Shown here: one piece after another, positions 43,931-56,471 of the stretch
How the letters are laid out: every line of letters begins with the position of its first letter
Position numbering within the stretch: the stretch's first letter is position 1
Source of the DNA: Octopus sinensis
Lineage: Eukaryota
Length of the DNA stretch: 64,000 nucleotides
Direction of reading: 5' to 3'
Assembly (NCBI RefSeq): GCF_006345805.1
Contig: NC_042997.1
Location: forward strand, 62,806,001 to 62,870,000
The notes under the pieces: model-generated
The model's database searches: none
Told to the model about the DNA's origin: nothing
Seen by the model: the letters and a program-made list of their open reading frames with translations, nothing else
Made by a program: the position numbers and the translations under genes

Positions 43931-45799
43931 AACACATGTCCATATTGTGTGCACTTATTTTGTATTTTGTATACATATAACATTACATCATTACATATAT
44001 ATATATTTATGTATGTATGCATGTATATATATATATATATGTATAAACACACACACACAGATGTATAAGTACGTAAATGTATACTATCTTACGCAATACA
44101 AACACAGAGGTATTGCAAAAATCAATCATATGAAACCTAAATCAGAATATTCTGCTTGAAAAGCAGCTCAGCAATGGTGAAAAAAATGCATGATTGAATT
44201 CTATATAAATTAAGAATATACCAATAAATATATTTGTCAAGCGTAATAGTATATACACTGCAGAAGAAAATTTATAGATACTGAAACGGTAACATAAGAC
44301 GATAAACGTAATAATGTCAATAGAAATTTTGATATGATGTTAAAATATGATGTTAAAACATATACAATATCACTCCTGGGAATAGTTAGATTGAACACAT
44401 AAATGTACACATACGCTTATATAGATTCATGTTGTACTCAGAAGATTTGGTTATGTTTTCATTTTGAACTGTCTAACGAAATTCGAAACATTTTATATGT
44501 GCGTGAAGAGGATTAACAAGATGCCAGTAACCTATATCTTGAAATGATGATAGCCACACAAAAAATTCGAATAGTTAAGTATCAGAATATAATAGCACAC
44601 GTGTCGTAGTCATACATCACAAAGAAAATTGTTCTCGCATTGAATTGAGATTAAGTTTTAATATAATGAAATGAAAGACAAGATCAGGGATCAAATAAAC
44701 TACGTTGTTGATGTTCTTTCACCTCAGGTCAATTCCAATTGAACATACCACCATTTTTGAAGATCAGATAGCACATAGTCCAATGAAATCTTTTATATTG
44801 AAAACGGTTGTGTGCAATTTCAGCGAAATTTGTCTGCTATTTCTACAAGCTTGACGTCGTAGATGCGTTTATCTGTGTATCAGTGTGTGCATGCTGGTAA
44901 GTAGGTGAAAGCGAATTGGTTATTGATACCAAATAGAAAGGCTCATACGTGTTCTAAAGATGGAATTTTATATAGCTTCCCATAAGTAGAAACAGGTGAT
45001 ATTTGTAAAAAAATATAAGGTTAAAGAATAAGATAACAAACTGTATAACCGAAGATATGAAATTTATTGAATATTATTCTATGATGTAGAGCAATTATAA
45101 TATTTTACTGTTGATCACAGAAAGCAGAACTTTTGCTATATGAACTTAGAGGAATAAATTACAGGAAGTAAAAAGCAGAGAAACAATAAACAGCAAAAAA
45201 ATGATGAACCGTGGTAAAAAGTCAATGCATTATGATGTGAAGGAAAGGAAAAGAGAATGGTGCTTTTGTCATTTGTTTTTTGTGTAGAAAGATGGAAGTG
45301 AAAGTCAAAGGAAAGGTTCCTAGAAAATAAAACAAGCGTGTAGTTAGTGAAGAAGCATGACGGCTAATGGTGGACAGAAAGTAAGCGACAGTTAATGTTT
45401 ATAGCAAGAAGGTTTGAGGGCTAATGTCAGAAAACATTGGAGAAATTTAGCTAGAGTGAAGTTATGGTCAGAACGTGTGTATATTTTTGTTTGAGTTTGT
45501 AAAGGAGTTCAGAATTAAGTATGTGAGAGGTTGTGCAAATGAGCGTATATGAATTTGTGCGCGCACGCGTGTGCGTGTGTGCGCTATATTTGTTTGTGTA
45601 TACATCCGGTGGTAAGGAATTTTACTAGAGGCTGTGTAAATGTTTGTGATATTGATATCAAATACTGGATGATACTGATGTGGATAAGATATGGATATAC
45701 CAGGTAGCGAAAGAAAATATTTCAACGTGAATAAAAGTCAATAACAATGTTTGTGTTGTGAAGATATGAAGATGTAATTGAGGGTAGACAGGTAGAAAA

Positions 45800-46800
45800 G
45801 GGGTGATGAGAAGTACATACGTGAGCATGTACCGGTCTGTGAAGTGTATGTAAAAGCAACAGGGTTATTGATAACGGTCAGAGAGGCTGTGTGCTAGCGG
45901 ATGTTCAACGGTTGATCGCGACAAAGCAGGGAGACGGGATGAAATTAATGTTATACGAGGCCGTAAGATGAAGATATGAGCAAGATGAAGATAAGAGTAG
46001 CCTGCAAACTTAAGGTACTGGGCGAGAGATTTGAGCAATTCAGGGCTATTTCGTTGGACGTCTAATAAGTGCTCTTTAAAATGATTGGTTAGCCTCCGAT
46101 CGGTTTCCCTCGTATAAAATAAGCCATAGAATTTGATGTAATGGATGACACTTTTGTAAGTGTAAGGGAAACGACCCATAAATTTCAAAGAGAATCAAGG
46201 ATCATTCAAGACAGTGAAATTCTGGGTGAAGGTGGTGGTGTTACTACGGGAATGGAAGTGAGTAAAGGACCAAATTTGATGTAGTAAAAAGTGAAGGAAG
46301 TGTGAACAGATAGCTGCTCAAGTTGCAGTAGTATCTGAGGGAAGGGATAGGGTGTCATAAAAGATTTGGAAGGACGGAGGGTCGCATTGGAGGAGACGGG
46401 AATTTTGCAGAATGAGTACTGGATCGGGTGCGAGGGGAGGTGGAAGCTGAGAGGTAGAAATTAAGCTAATTAGTAATGAGGCAAAAAAGAATTGCTTTTG
46501 TTAGCAAATGTGTAACAGAAAGCAGTGTCGGCGACCAGTTGGGGTTAATCAGATTGCAGTGGTCTATTTGACAGGACTTGGTCTCGAAATAAGAAGTGGT
46601 GGAGTTGGGGAAACTTATGAGGAGGGTATAGTGATTACATGGGAGTGGGGTTCCATGAGATGAACTTGGGATAGGGTTGGAAGATAAAGAGTCAATAGAA
46701 CGGAAATGTCTATGATGGTTCACGCGTGTTTTAAGATTGTGTGGACGGCTGAACGAAGAAGGAAGCGATCTGTTTGCAGATAAGGGAGTAATTCTCACTA
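45800..46800 (-). mobile_element. decayed Penelope-like element, GIY-YIG region
   Basis: FPYTYKSVIHYIKFYGLFYTRETDRRLTNHFKEHLLDV resembles 'VIYCI.C..C..LYIGETGRRL..RF.EHL.DI'. Confidence 0.6.
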
Positions 46801-48009
46801 GTTACTAATGTACAAAGACAAAGTCAAAATTTTACAGGAAGATATTAATTCCAATCTTCAGTTTAGGATATGCCTACCTCGGAAGTACATTGGCTGTTGA
46901 GCAATTAGGAGCTAGTGCAATAACGAATTCTGTAATTACTTTTGTAGTTCGTGATGTGTTGGTCTCTTTATGACTAGATTTATTTTGATAGACTTCTGTA
47001 TTTCTGTTAATACTCTTAAATGATCGAGTATGCTAAGTTAGTTCATTCCTTGAAAAGCTCTTCCACAATGCAATGTAGAATTGGGAGTGGTGGTAAGGTA
47101 ACTTATAATTAATAACTTAATCACAATATAGTTTTGAATCTGTGAAGCAAAAACCGTCTAGAGGGACAGAGATGGGAAAATTCTAGATTTATAATGTTGA
47201 TGTTGCCTGTCAGGTAAAATTTGGTGTTAAAATTTATGGTATACATTTTGTAAAGACACTTAGCCTGAATGTGGAATGAACCGAAAGGTTTGACGTTTTC
47301 TATATCAACAGAGGTGGGGATGTCTGCTGTGGCTATCTATTTAATTGTATTTCAAGCAAATCTGCATGAGTGCACCACTATTAATAGTAAAGGATTCTTA
47401 AAAAGGTTATTCTGAAGAAATGGCTGACAAGCGCATGCTAATGATGATGGATGGAAGTGATTGATTCCTTATTGATGTATACAAGTTTCTCACTGGGTTT
47501 TCTATTTGGGTGAGAACTATTAGTGTTTAAGATTTGAGTAATAGGTAGGAAATCGATGGCATCTGAATTCTTCGTCCCAACTATTTTCTAAAGTTGCTAA
47601 CCTCCCCCCCCCAACAACAACTCACAAACACACATAAAAACATAAACTCACATACACCTAAGCACACGTTTGTAACGATTGCTGTCAAGTGTTCGTATTT
47701 CAACCAATGAAATTACTTATATATTTTTTCTTGCTAGCAGCGTAGATAAGGAATTTAGCTTATGTACTACATAGCGGCAATGGTAAGTGTTAAGGAGAAA
47801 TGGCGTGATGCTTGTGGTTTGAAAACATGAACGTCACGTCAATATACATTAGACTTGCAATTATACAAGTTGTTGATACTGTACGACAGTAATAGTCCTC
47901 TGTCGTAAACACCTTTTGCAGTAAACAAGTTATTCGCAAAGGAGACGGTAATTTGACTTCATAAATATTGAATTTGTACTATTGATGTATGGGTTAGTTG
48001 CTGCTGCTG

Positions 48010-48103
<94 letters not shown>

Positions 48104-48554
48104 TGCTGTTGATGATGATAATAATGATGATGATGCTGGTATTGCTGTTGCCTCTGCTGCTACTGTTATTTTCCTCGTATGAATTTATATTGCTCTATCG
48201 AGTGCACTTTCGTCTTCTCCAGGTGTGGGCGGCATTGACATCTTTTGGCTGTAGAATTCAAGAAATAGTTGTCTACAATACTCATTTTGCTTTGTTGTAG
48301 GGTTTCTTTCTTTTTTTGTTTGTTTCTGGTAATACCATGTAGCTTTGTTATAATATGTGAAATATCAGTTGTGGTTTTTATGGTGTTGGCAATTGTATTT
48401 CGTATGTGAGATGTGATTTTAATGTCTGCTTGCTACTGGATAGAGAATGTGTAATGTGGACTGCGTTAACTTGTGTTATATATTATTGAACAGTAATTGT
48501 ATACAATGTAAGTTATATCAATTATTGTTGATATGTGGGTTGTAATATCATATA

Positions 48555-48990
48555 AGTTTCAAATTTTGGCACAGAGGCAGCTATTTTAGGGGAGGAGTAA
48601 GGCAGTTAATAGACTCCAGTAGTCAACTGAAACTTGTTTTATCGACTACAAAGGGATGAAACGCAAACTCGATCTCGGCAGAATTTGAACTCATAACACA
48701 AAGACAGACGAAATGCCGCTAAACATTCTGCCCGGAGTGATAACGATTCTGCTAGCTCATCACCTTCAAGGATGTGATACAATATGGATTTCAAATTTTG
48801 GCACAAAGCCAGCAATTTCGATGGAGGGCTAAATCGATTACATCGATCCAGAGGGTTCAATTGATATCTATTTTATCGACAACGAATGAAAGTCGACTTC
48901 GGCGGAATTTGAACTCAGAACGTAAAGATGGAAGAAATACTGCTAAACATTTTGTCTAACGTGCTAACGATTCTGCCTGCTCGCCGCCTG
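48555..48990 (-). mobile_element. two tandem SINE family 1 copies
   Basis: Core and head motifs at ~48650 and ~48890. Confidence 0.75.
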
Positions 48991-49914
48991 AGATGAAGTA
49001 TTGAACAACCTCGTTTGTTGAGTCTTATCAATTTTTCAATGATTTCTTTGTTTTACGGTAGATTATCTCTTTTATAGTAATCCGTTCTTGCATTATATTT
49101 TCAGTGATTATTCTTTCCCCAAATTGCATTATTTTTGAATTTTGAACTTTGTTTTTATGAATTTTCGTTCATACGACAGTGTGTTTCGACTCATGTTTTC
49201 ACTTCTTGATTACTCCATTATTCTAGTTCGTCCATCCGAAAAGGTCTTTCTGTCCTTTGTTAACCATGTGAGAGTGCGTCACTTTTGAACAACGTATTAC
49301 ATTACATTCGAACGAACTTGCATTAGAATCAGGCTACATCATTCATCAGATATTCTGGCGTGGGTGGATGGTGTTTTGTTGCCGTTTGATTTGTTAATGT
49401 GCATAGATTAGTTACTTTTAAATAGCGTTGGTTTTCTTCAGTTTGATTAGCAATCCCAATAACACACCAGAAATAGCTTCTATCATAAAAAAAACCCTCA
49501 AGCATCCTTAAACACAATTAATCAGAACCATGCAAAATCGAAATCAGGCGGCTTTACACTGGCAGCAAGATCTGCGAGATGGTATTTCTTTTTGATGTGT
49601 CAAGAATACCTGTGTTTTGTGTGTGACATCTTAAATCACAGCATGTGGTTCTTCATCATTTCGAAGATCCTTTCTTGTTTCATTATTTTGTTCTTTTTGC
49701 ATTTCAATTTTTTGCCCGTTCATTCGAAGTCAACTCCCTGCTATTTTATCGAACCCGAAAGGATGAAAGATAAAGTTCAATTCCCTCTGGTGTCAACTTT
49801 GCCTTTAATACATCTGGGGTCGATAAAATAGAGTATCAGCCAAGTACTGGATTCGGCGGAACCGACTAACCCCTGCTTTCAACATTGCTAACCAAGTGTG
49901 TAAATCACAAATTC

Positions 49915-49932
49915 TTATTATCATCATCATCA

Positions 49933-50005
<73 letters not shown>

Positions 50006-50088
50006 TATTATTATTATTATTATTATTATAATTATTATTATTATATTATTATTATTATTATTATATTATTATTATTATTATTATTATT
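49915..50088. repeat. (ATT)n microsatellite at the 3' junction of the Dong-like LINE
   Basis: Direct inspection. Confidence 0.95.
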
Positions 50089-53000
50089 CAGTAGTTTTAT
50101 TTTTATAGCGTGCTTTCACTTCACTACCGAGCGCAGCTCTGTGTGCCTTGGGTATGTGCTGTGATTTGTTGTGATGCTCTGATGGTTATTGTATGGAAAG
50201 TGTTCTGCGTAGGATGTGTGCAGTGCCTAGTAGTGCAATTTTCTGTATGTTATATGTGTTTGTAAGTCCTGGTGTTTTTGTTATGTATTTGTCTGAATAT
50301 TTTTTTTATCATGCCTAATGCACCTACTATGATAGGAATTGTTTCTGTTTTCAGATTCCACATTCTAGTTACCTCTATTTCCAGGTCTTTGTATTTTGAG
50401 AGTTTCTCCATTTCTTTTAGAGACACGTTGTCATCAGCCGGTATTGATACATCAATTAGAAAGCATTTTTTTTCTTCATGATCTCTGACAACTATATCTG
50501 GTCTGTTGGCCTTAATTTCTCTATCTGTGTGTATCGGCATATCCCAGAGTATGGTTGCTTTCTCGTTTTCTGTGACCTTTTCTGGTGTGTGCCTATACCA
50601 TCTTTTTTCTGTTGTTATTCCATAATGTTGGCATAGCTTCCAATGTATGTAGGTTCCAACTCTGTCATGTCTGTGAATATATTCCTTCTTAGCCAGGACT
50701 GGGCAGCTAGAGATAATATGATTTATTGTTTCTTGTCCATCTCCACATATTCTGCAGTTACTTGTAATATTTCTTTTCATTACATGTTTTTGGTAATTTC
50801 TGGTGGGGAGGCTTTGGTCTTGTGCTGCAATTAAAAATCCCTCTGTTTCTGCTTTGAGTCCTGAGCTTCTCAACCATTGCTGGGATTTTTCTTTGTCTAT
50901 TTCTTTTGCGTTTAGTTTAGTCCAGTATTTACCATGAAGGGGCTTTTCTTGCCATCGTTTTATCATGGTTCGTTGCTGTTCTATTTTTAGTTTGGATTTC
51001 ATTTGTTTTATAGCTTTTGTTGTTTCTTCATCTTCTTCTTCTTCTTCTTCATGTTTATTAGGTGGTATGATTTCTTGTTTGTATTTGTCAGCTTCCTTAA
51101 ATACTGAGAACAGTTTTTTGTTTTGCTCGTGTTTTGCCGCTATCTGGATCAGTTTTCCTTCCTTCTGAAGTAGATATTTTTGCAGTCCTATGGTGGTTAT
51201 TTTATAGTAGTTTTCCAGCTGTATAAGGCCTCTACCACCTTCTATACGTTGTATATATAGTCTTTCTATAAAGATTTTGGGTGATGCATCCTAGATCCTG
51301 TCATTATTTTTCTTGTTTTCCTATCTATTTTGGTCAGTTCATTTCGTGTCCAGTTAAGGATATTGTAGCTGTAACTTATAACTGGGACAGCTAAAGTGTT
51401 GATACCTATTATCTTGTTTTTAGCATTGAGCTCTGTGTTTAGTATTGATCTAACTCGTCTATAATATTCTTTTTTTATCTTCTCTTTCATTTGTGTGTGT
51501 TGTGTCTTATCTAGTTCATGGATTCCTAAGTATTTGTAAGTTTGGCTTTGGTCTAATTCTTTTATTTCATTGGTTTTATCTAGTGTGATGTTGTTACTCT
51601 TAACTAGTTTTCCTCTTTTCAGGGTTACTTTGGCGCATTTTTCTAATCCAAATTTCATATCTATTTCTTTGGTAAATCCATGAACTGTCTTTAATAGTGT
51701 TCCAGCTGTTTGTCATTTGCAGCGTATAGTTTTAGGTCATCCATATATAAAAGGTGGCTGATCGTTTTGCCGTAACATTTATATCCGCATCCAGTTCTAT
51801 TTAGCATATAAGATAGAGGTGACAGTGCCAAGCAGAAAAGGAGTGGAGAGAGCGTGTCTCCCTGGAATATTCCTCTTCTAATGGGGATGTCTTTGGTTTT
51901 CATGAGTCCCTCTTTTGTTTGGAGGTGTAGGACTGTTTGCCATTTATTCATAGAGTGCTCTATGAATTTTATGATTGTTGGTGCTACTTTGTTAATGGCT
52001 AGTGTTTCGAGGATCCATGTGTGGGGGATGCTATCAAACGCCTTTTTGTAGTCAATCCAGGCCATACTGAGGCCTTTCTTCTTTCTGTGGCTGTCTTCAG
52101 TTATGGCTTTATTAATCATTAGTTGATCTTTACAGCCATATGAGCCTTTGCGGCATCCTTTCTGCTCTTCTGGGAACAGTTTGTTTTCGTCCAGGTGCTT
52201 GTTCAGCCTTTGTGATATCACTGCAGTAAATGCCTTGAACATAGTAGCAGGTTATTGGTCTGTAGCTTTCTGGTTTTTCTGTTTCATTTGATTTGGGAAT
52301 TAAGATGGTTTTCCCCTTCGTGAGCCATTCAGGCATTGTCTCTGGCTCTGCTAGTACGTTGTTAAAGTTTCCAGCCAGCTTTTTGTGCATTCCTGTTAGA
52401 TATTTCAACCAGAAGTTGGGGATCTTGTCATGCCCAGGTGCCTTCCAGTTGCTTAGTCTTTGCAGTGCCTGGGTGACCTCTTCAGTTGTTATGGGGGTCC
52501 AAAGTTGTTCAGATGCCGAGTTTGTTATTCTGATACTCCTTTTTTTTGGTGGTTCGTTCGCCGACCATATTTCTCCCCAGAATTCTTTCAATTCTTCTGC
52601 CGTTGGTGCTGCAGTGACTTCTATTTTATTTTTCCCAGTTCTTGGTAAAACTTTTTTGGGTTGGAGTTGAACTTTTTGTTTTCTTCAAAGAAGCGTTGGC
52701 GTTTCTTGTACCGGCGGATCCTTTGTGCTTTGGCAAGGATATCTTGCTTCAGCTTTTCTTTTATTTCAGGCAAATCTTTCTCTGTGATGTTATATTTGCC
52801 GAGTATTTGTGTTCTCTTTTTGTTGCTCAGTAGCGTTGATTGTTTGCTGATTTCATTAAGAATCGACAGGTCTTTTCTAATTTTTTTTTATTTTGCTTTG
52901 GATGTTATTTATCCACAGGGTTTGTTTGGGTGGTGGTACTCCTGTTTGGGCGGGTTTGGGTGAGTATCCAGCTTCTTTTGTGGCTGCAGTGGCTGCTGCG

Positions 53001-54077
53001 TATATTAGGTTATTTAGCTCAGTGATATCACTTTTTTTTGATTCAGTGGCTATCAGTTCAGTGACGGCTAGGTTTATGCTGTTTATAATAGGTGTTGTTA
53101 TTTTGTATATTTTGATTCTTGGGAGATATGGTCAGTGGTCCATTTTGAGCTCTGTGGTTTTCAGTTCTTTGATTATTTTATTTTTTATATTATCATAATC
53201 ATTAGGCTCCCCTTCGTTGTTTACATCGTGTTTGTTGGGAATGTTGCGTTTGTCTTCGTGTTTTACAGTTTCAGTGTTTATATTATTGGGCATTGTTGTG
53301 TGGCTTCTATCTACATTTTCCTGGTGTATGTTTTCTTTTAAGTGTTCTATTTCTATTTCTGATATTTTTTTTGTGTTGAGAATGTATCTTCGTACGTTAG
53401 CTAATTTATTAGGGCTCATTGCTGTATCCAAGTCTATATCTCTATTATTTTCCTTCCATATTTTATATGTATGTGTTGTTGTATTTTCATTTTTTGGGTA
53501 GAGTACTGCTGTGAAGTATGCGTGTAAGATAGAAATGTATTCCTCACGTGTCCATTTTCGTCTTTTGGGTTTTATTTGCGGGACATGAGGTACAACGTCC
53601 GGCCCATTATTTTGACGGTCGTCATTTTCGTAGGGTACCGGTCCGTTTATTTCTGTTGTCACATTATTTCGCACGTGTAGTTTTTCGTACATTTTTTGTT
53701 GTAAGTTTAATGTACGTACCGCTCGATTGTTATTCTTGGGTTGAATAGTATCGGTGGCATTTAATTTCTTCGTAGTTCCTTTGTACATGGTGTTTGGGGT
53801 CGGAGATGATCGTGATGTTCCACGCATGTTTACATGTGTTGCGTTAGAGGCGGAGATGATATCGAGTCAAAATACATCATTTCGTTTCGAAAATAGTAAT
53901 AAATTTCAATTAGTATTACTTACTCGGATACAGTCCAATTCTTTGTTAGTAAAACTTTGGCTCCATAGGATGTCCTTGTTTTCGATGTTTGTGGATAGAT
54001 TTCGGAGCTCTGAATTTTCCTTCTTACATCTTAAACGTCCCCGGTGTTCTCCTCTTAAACGTCCCCGGTGTTCTCCC
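50089..54077 (-). mobile_element. full-length (~4 kb) R4/Dong-clade non-LTR retrotransposon with several frameshifts
   Basis: N-terminal KRRKWTREEY Myb-like region. RT motifs YRPITC, WIDYKKAFDSIPH, GIFQGDTLSPLLF and HLLYMDDLKLY. CCHC knuckle CRIC..ETINHIISSC and RLE RPDIVV..IDVSIP. (TAA)n lies on the sense strand at both ends. Confidence 0.92.
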
Positions 54078-54144
<67 letters not shown>

Positions 54145-54184
54145 TATTATTATTATTATTACTATTATTATTATTATTATTATT

Positions 54185-54737
54185 GAGTGAGGGAGCAGTG
54201 CATGCCATCAAAGTGACACTGGGCTAAAATATACGAAGCCCAGTATACCCATCATGACTACCCCTCTGATAAGAGTACACAGGCACATGCATCACAACCA
54301 TATGTGCACGACATGGTGATCTCATATCAAGATAAACAGCACATGACCTTGCAGGTGGGGTCCACTTAGAATTTTCTTCTGGTCGAGTAACTCATCCCGC
54401 TCAAAAGGTCCCTGAATAAGGGTTGTTTAAGGATGTTGAACGAAATACCCATGTTTCCAGAGGTGAATTATTCAAACCCCAAAGAATCCCTCTCAACACA
54501 TGGCTATGGTGCTCCCCCACTACTTCTGCTCGTGATCGGAGATGCACATATCGTCAGCCACTAAGGGATATGGTCAACTGGTTAAGGTCAAACAACTGAC
54601 AAGCAAATCTGTAGTATTGAGCAGAATATTTGCTGTAGCTCATCTTTTATACCAAGACAAAACAATGTACATGATTACACTTCCAATCAGTTAAGATCAG
54701 AAGGCATGGGAGCCGCTGCCTGGTACTGCATCAGGTA

Positions 54738-54739
<2 letters not shown>
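54185..54739 (-). mobile_element. ~550-bp non-coding element embedded in (TAA)n
   Basis: Bounded on both sides by (TTA)n on the plus strand. A diverged second copy lies at 56009-56370. The strand is inferred from repeat polarity. Confidence 0.6.
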
Positions 54740-54798
<59 letters not shown>

Positions 54799-55078
54799 GA
54801 AGAATGGCCAGTGTGAAAGGACTAATTCTGAGCGTGCACCTGTAAACAAAAGAAGGGCTCTTGCCCTGTTGTTCAGGCAACCGTGACTTTTGTGTGTTTT
54901 TTCACGAGGTTCTTAATACGCCTCCCCTATTGGGAGTTTTAAATTGATTAATTTTTAATCGTTATATATACTGTTTACACGTTGTAAAACCCATTGTATC
55001 GTCTTGTTTTTGTCTTTTATGTTTTTGCATGTTTCTTAATGTAATTTTATGTAAGCGATTGTGGCCAATAAACGAATT
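54799..55078 (+). mobile_element. possible LINE 3' UTR remnant
   Basis: T-rich tract ending GTGGCCAATAAACGAATTAATT, located between microsatellites. Confidence 0.3.
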
Positions 55079-55100
55079 AATTATTATAATTATTATAATT

Positions 55101-55537
55101 ATCTCTTTATCACAGGTTTTGTTGGAGCTTCTGGAGTCTTGCTGCGTAACGAGATTACTACCTGCAGGCTACCGTACCATGCTATTTGCTGTTTTCTGCT
55201 ATCTAATACTTTCATGATTATTCTAGCCGTGCCAAAGAGACAAAGCTTTTGTAACAGTTCTACGGGGCACTCTATTCCAATTTCTTTTATATTCCTCTTG
55301 ATACCTTCTGATACTGTTCCCAATGAGCCAACAATGATTGGCACTATCTTCACAGCCCTCATTTTCCATAGCCGGACTATTTCGTATTTTAGAGAGTTGT
55401 ATTTATCTATATTTTCACCTCCCTCTTGGCTATTCGTGTGAAAAAGGGAGTGCAAAAATACCTACTTCCGATGTTTTGGACAAATTTCGGAGCAGTGTTT
55501 TATCGCTCTCACATGTTAAGCGTCCCCGGTGTATATT
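55101..55537 (-). mobile_element. ~440-bp bipartite Dong-like element (5' end fused to RLE C-terminus and 3' UTR)
   Basis: The 5' CACCGGGGACGCTTAACATGT..GCTCCGAAAT..TCCAAAACATCGGAA matches the Dong 5' end at ~53975-54050. It is followed by IDKYNSLKYEIVRLWKMRAVKIVPIIVGSLG..QKLCLFGTARII. Confidence 0.75.
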
Positions 55538-55563
55538 TCTTCTTCTTCTTCTTCTTCTTCTTC

Positions 55564-55604
<41 letters not shown>

Positions 55605-55606
55605 TT

Positions 55607-55644
<38 letters not shown>

Positions 55645-55693
55645 TATTATTATTATTATTTTATCATCATCATCATCATCATCATCATCATTA

Positions 55694-55747
<54 letters not shown>

Positions 55748-55775
55748 TATTATCATGTTCATCATCACTATTATT

Positions 55776-55910
55776 AAGCGGTGAGCTGGCAGAATCATTA
55801 GCACATCGTACAAAAAGCCTAGTGGCATTTCTTCCAAATTTATGTTCACAGTTCAAATCTCGCGAAAGTCGACTTTACCTTTATTCCTTTCGGATCAGTT
55901 AAATAGGTAC
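55776..55910 (+). mobile_element. SINE family 1 fragment
   Basis: GCGGTGAGCTGGCAGAATCATTAGCAC..GTTCAAATC..GTCGACTTTACC. Confidence 0.7.
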
Positions 55911-56008
55911 CAGCCGAACGTCGTCGTTTTTTCTTCTTCTTCTTCTTCTTCTTCTTCTTCTTCTTCTCTTCTTCTTCTTCTTCTTCTTCTTCTTCTTCTT
56001 CTTCTTCT

Positions 56009-56370
56009 GCGAGGCTGGGATACAAATATGTGAAGCCCAATATACCCATCAATATATGATAAGAGCACATGCAACACAACTATATGTGCGCGACTTGGTG
56101 ACTCCATATCAAGATAAGCAGCGCATGTGGGACCCAGTTCAAATTTTCTTGAGATTGGTTGACCCCCCCACCTCCTGAATAAAAATTGTTTAGGGATGAT
56201 GGACAAAACACTTACGTTTCCAGAGGTGAATTATTTAAACCCCACAAAATTGCTGTAAATACATCACTATCGTTAGCCACTATCGTTAGCTCAACCAGTC
56301 ATGCCCAACCGGTCAAGGTCAAGCAACTGACCAGGAAATAATATTTGCTGTAGCGCATCTTTTACACCAA
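56009..56370 (-). mobile_element. diverged partial copy of the ~550-bp element
   Basis: Shares GAAGCCCA.TATACCCATCA, CATATCAAGATAA, TTTCCAGAGGTGAATTATT.AAACCCCA and ATATTTGCTGTAGC.CATCTTTTA with 54185-54739. Confidence 0.75.
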
Positions 56371-56414
56371 TATTGTGGTAATGATTCACCGCCTTAATAA
56401 TGATGATGATGATG

Positions 56415-56468
<54 letters not shown>

Positions 56469-56471
<3 letters not shown>

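Noticed and set aside
54029-54076. Short direct repeats (24 bp here, 30 bp at 6093) as a CRISPR-like array
   Set aside because: Only two adjacent units, no spacers, and a eukaryotic TE context.
52293-54227. Plus-strand ORFs overlapping the Dong element (and minus-strand ORFs over 56636-58494)
   Set aside because: They are antisense shadows of the LINE ORF with no recognisable domains.
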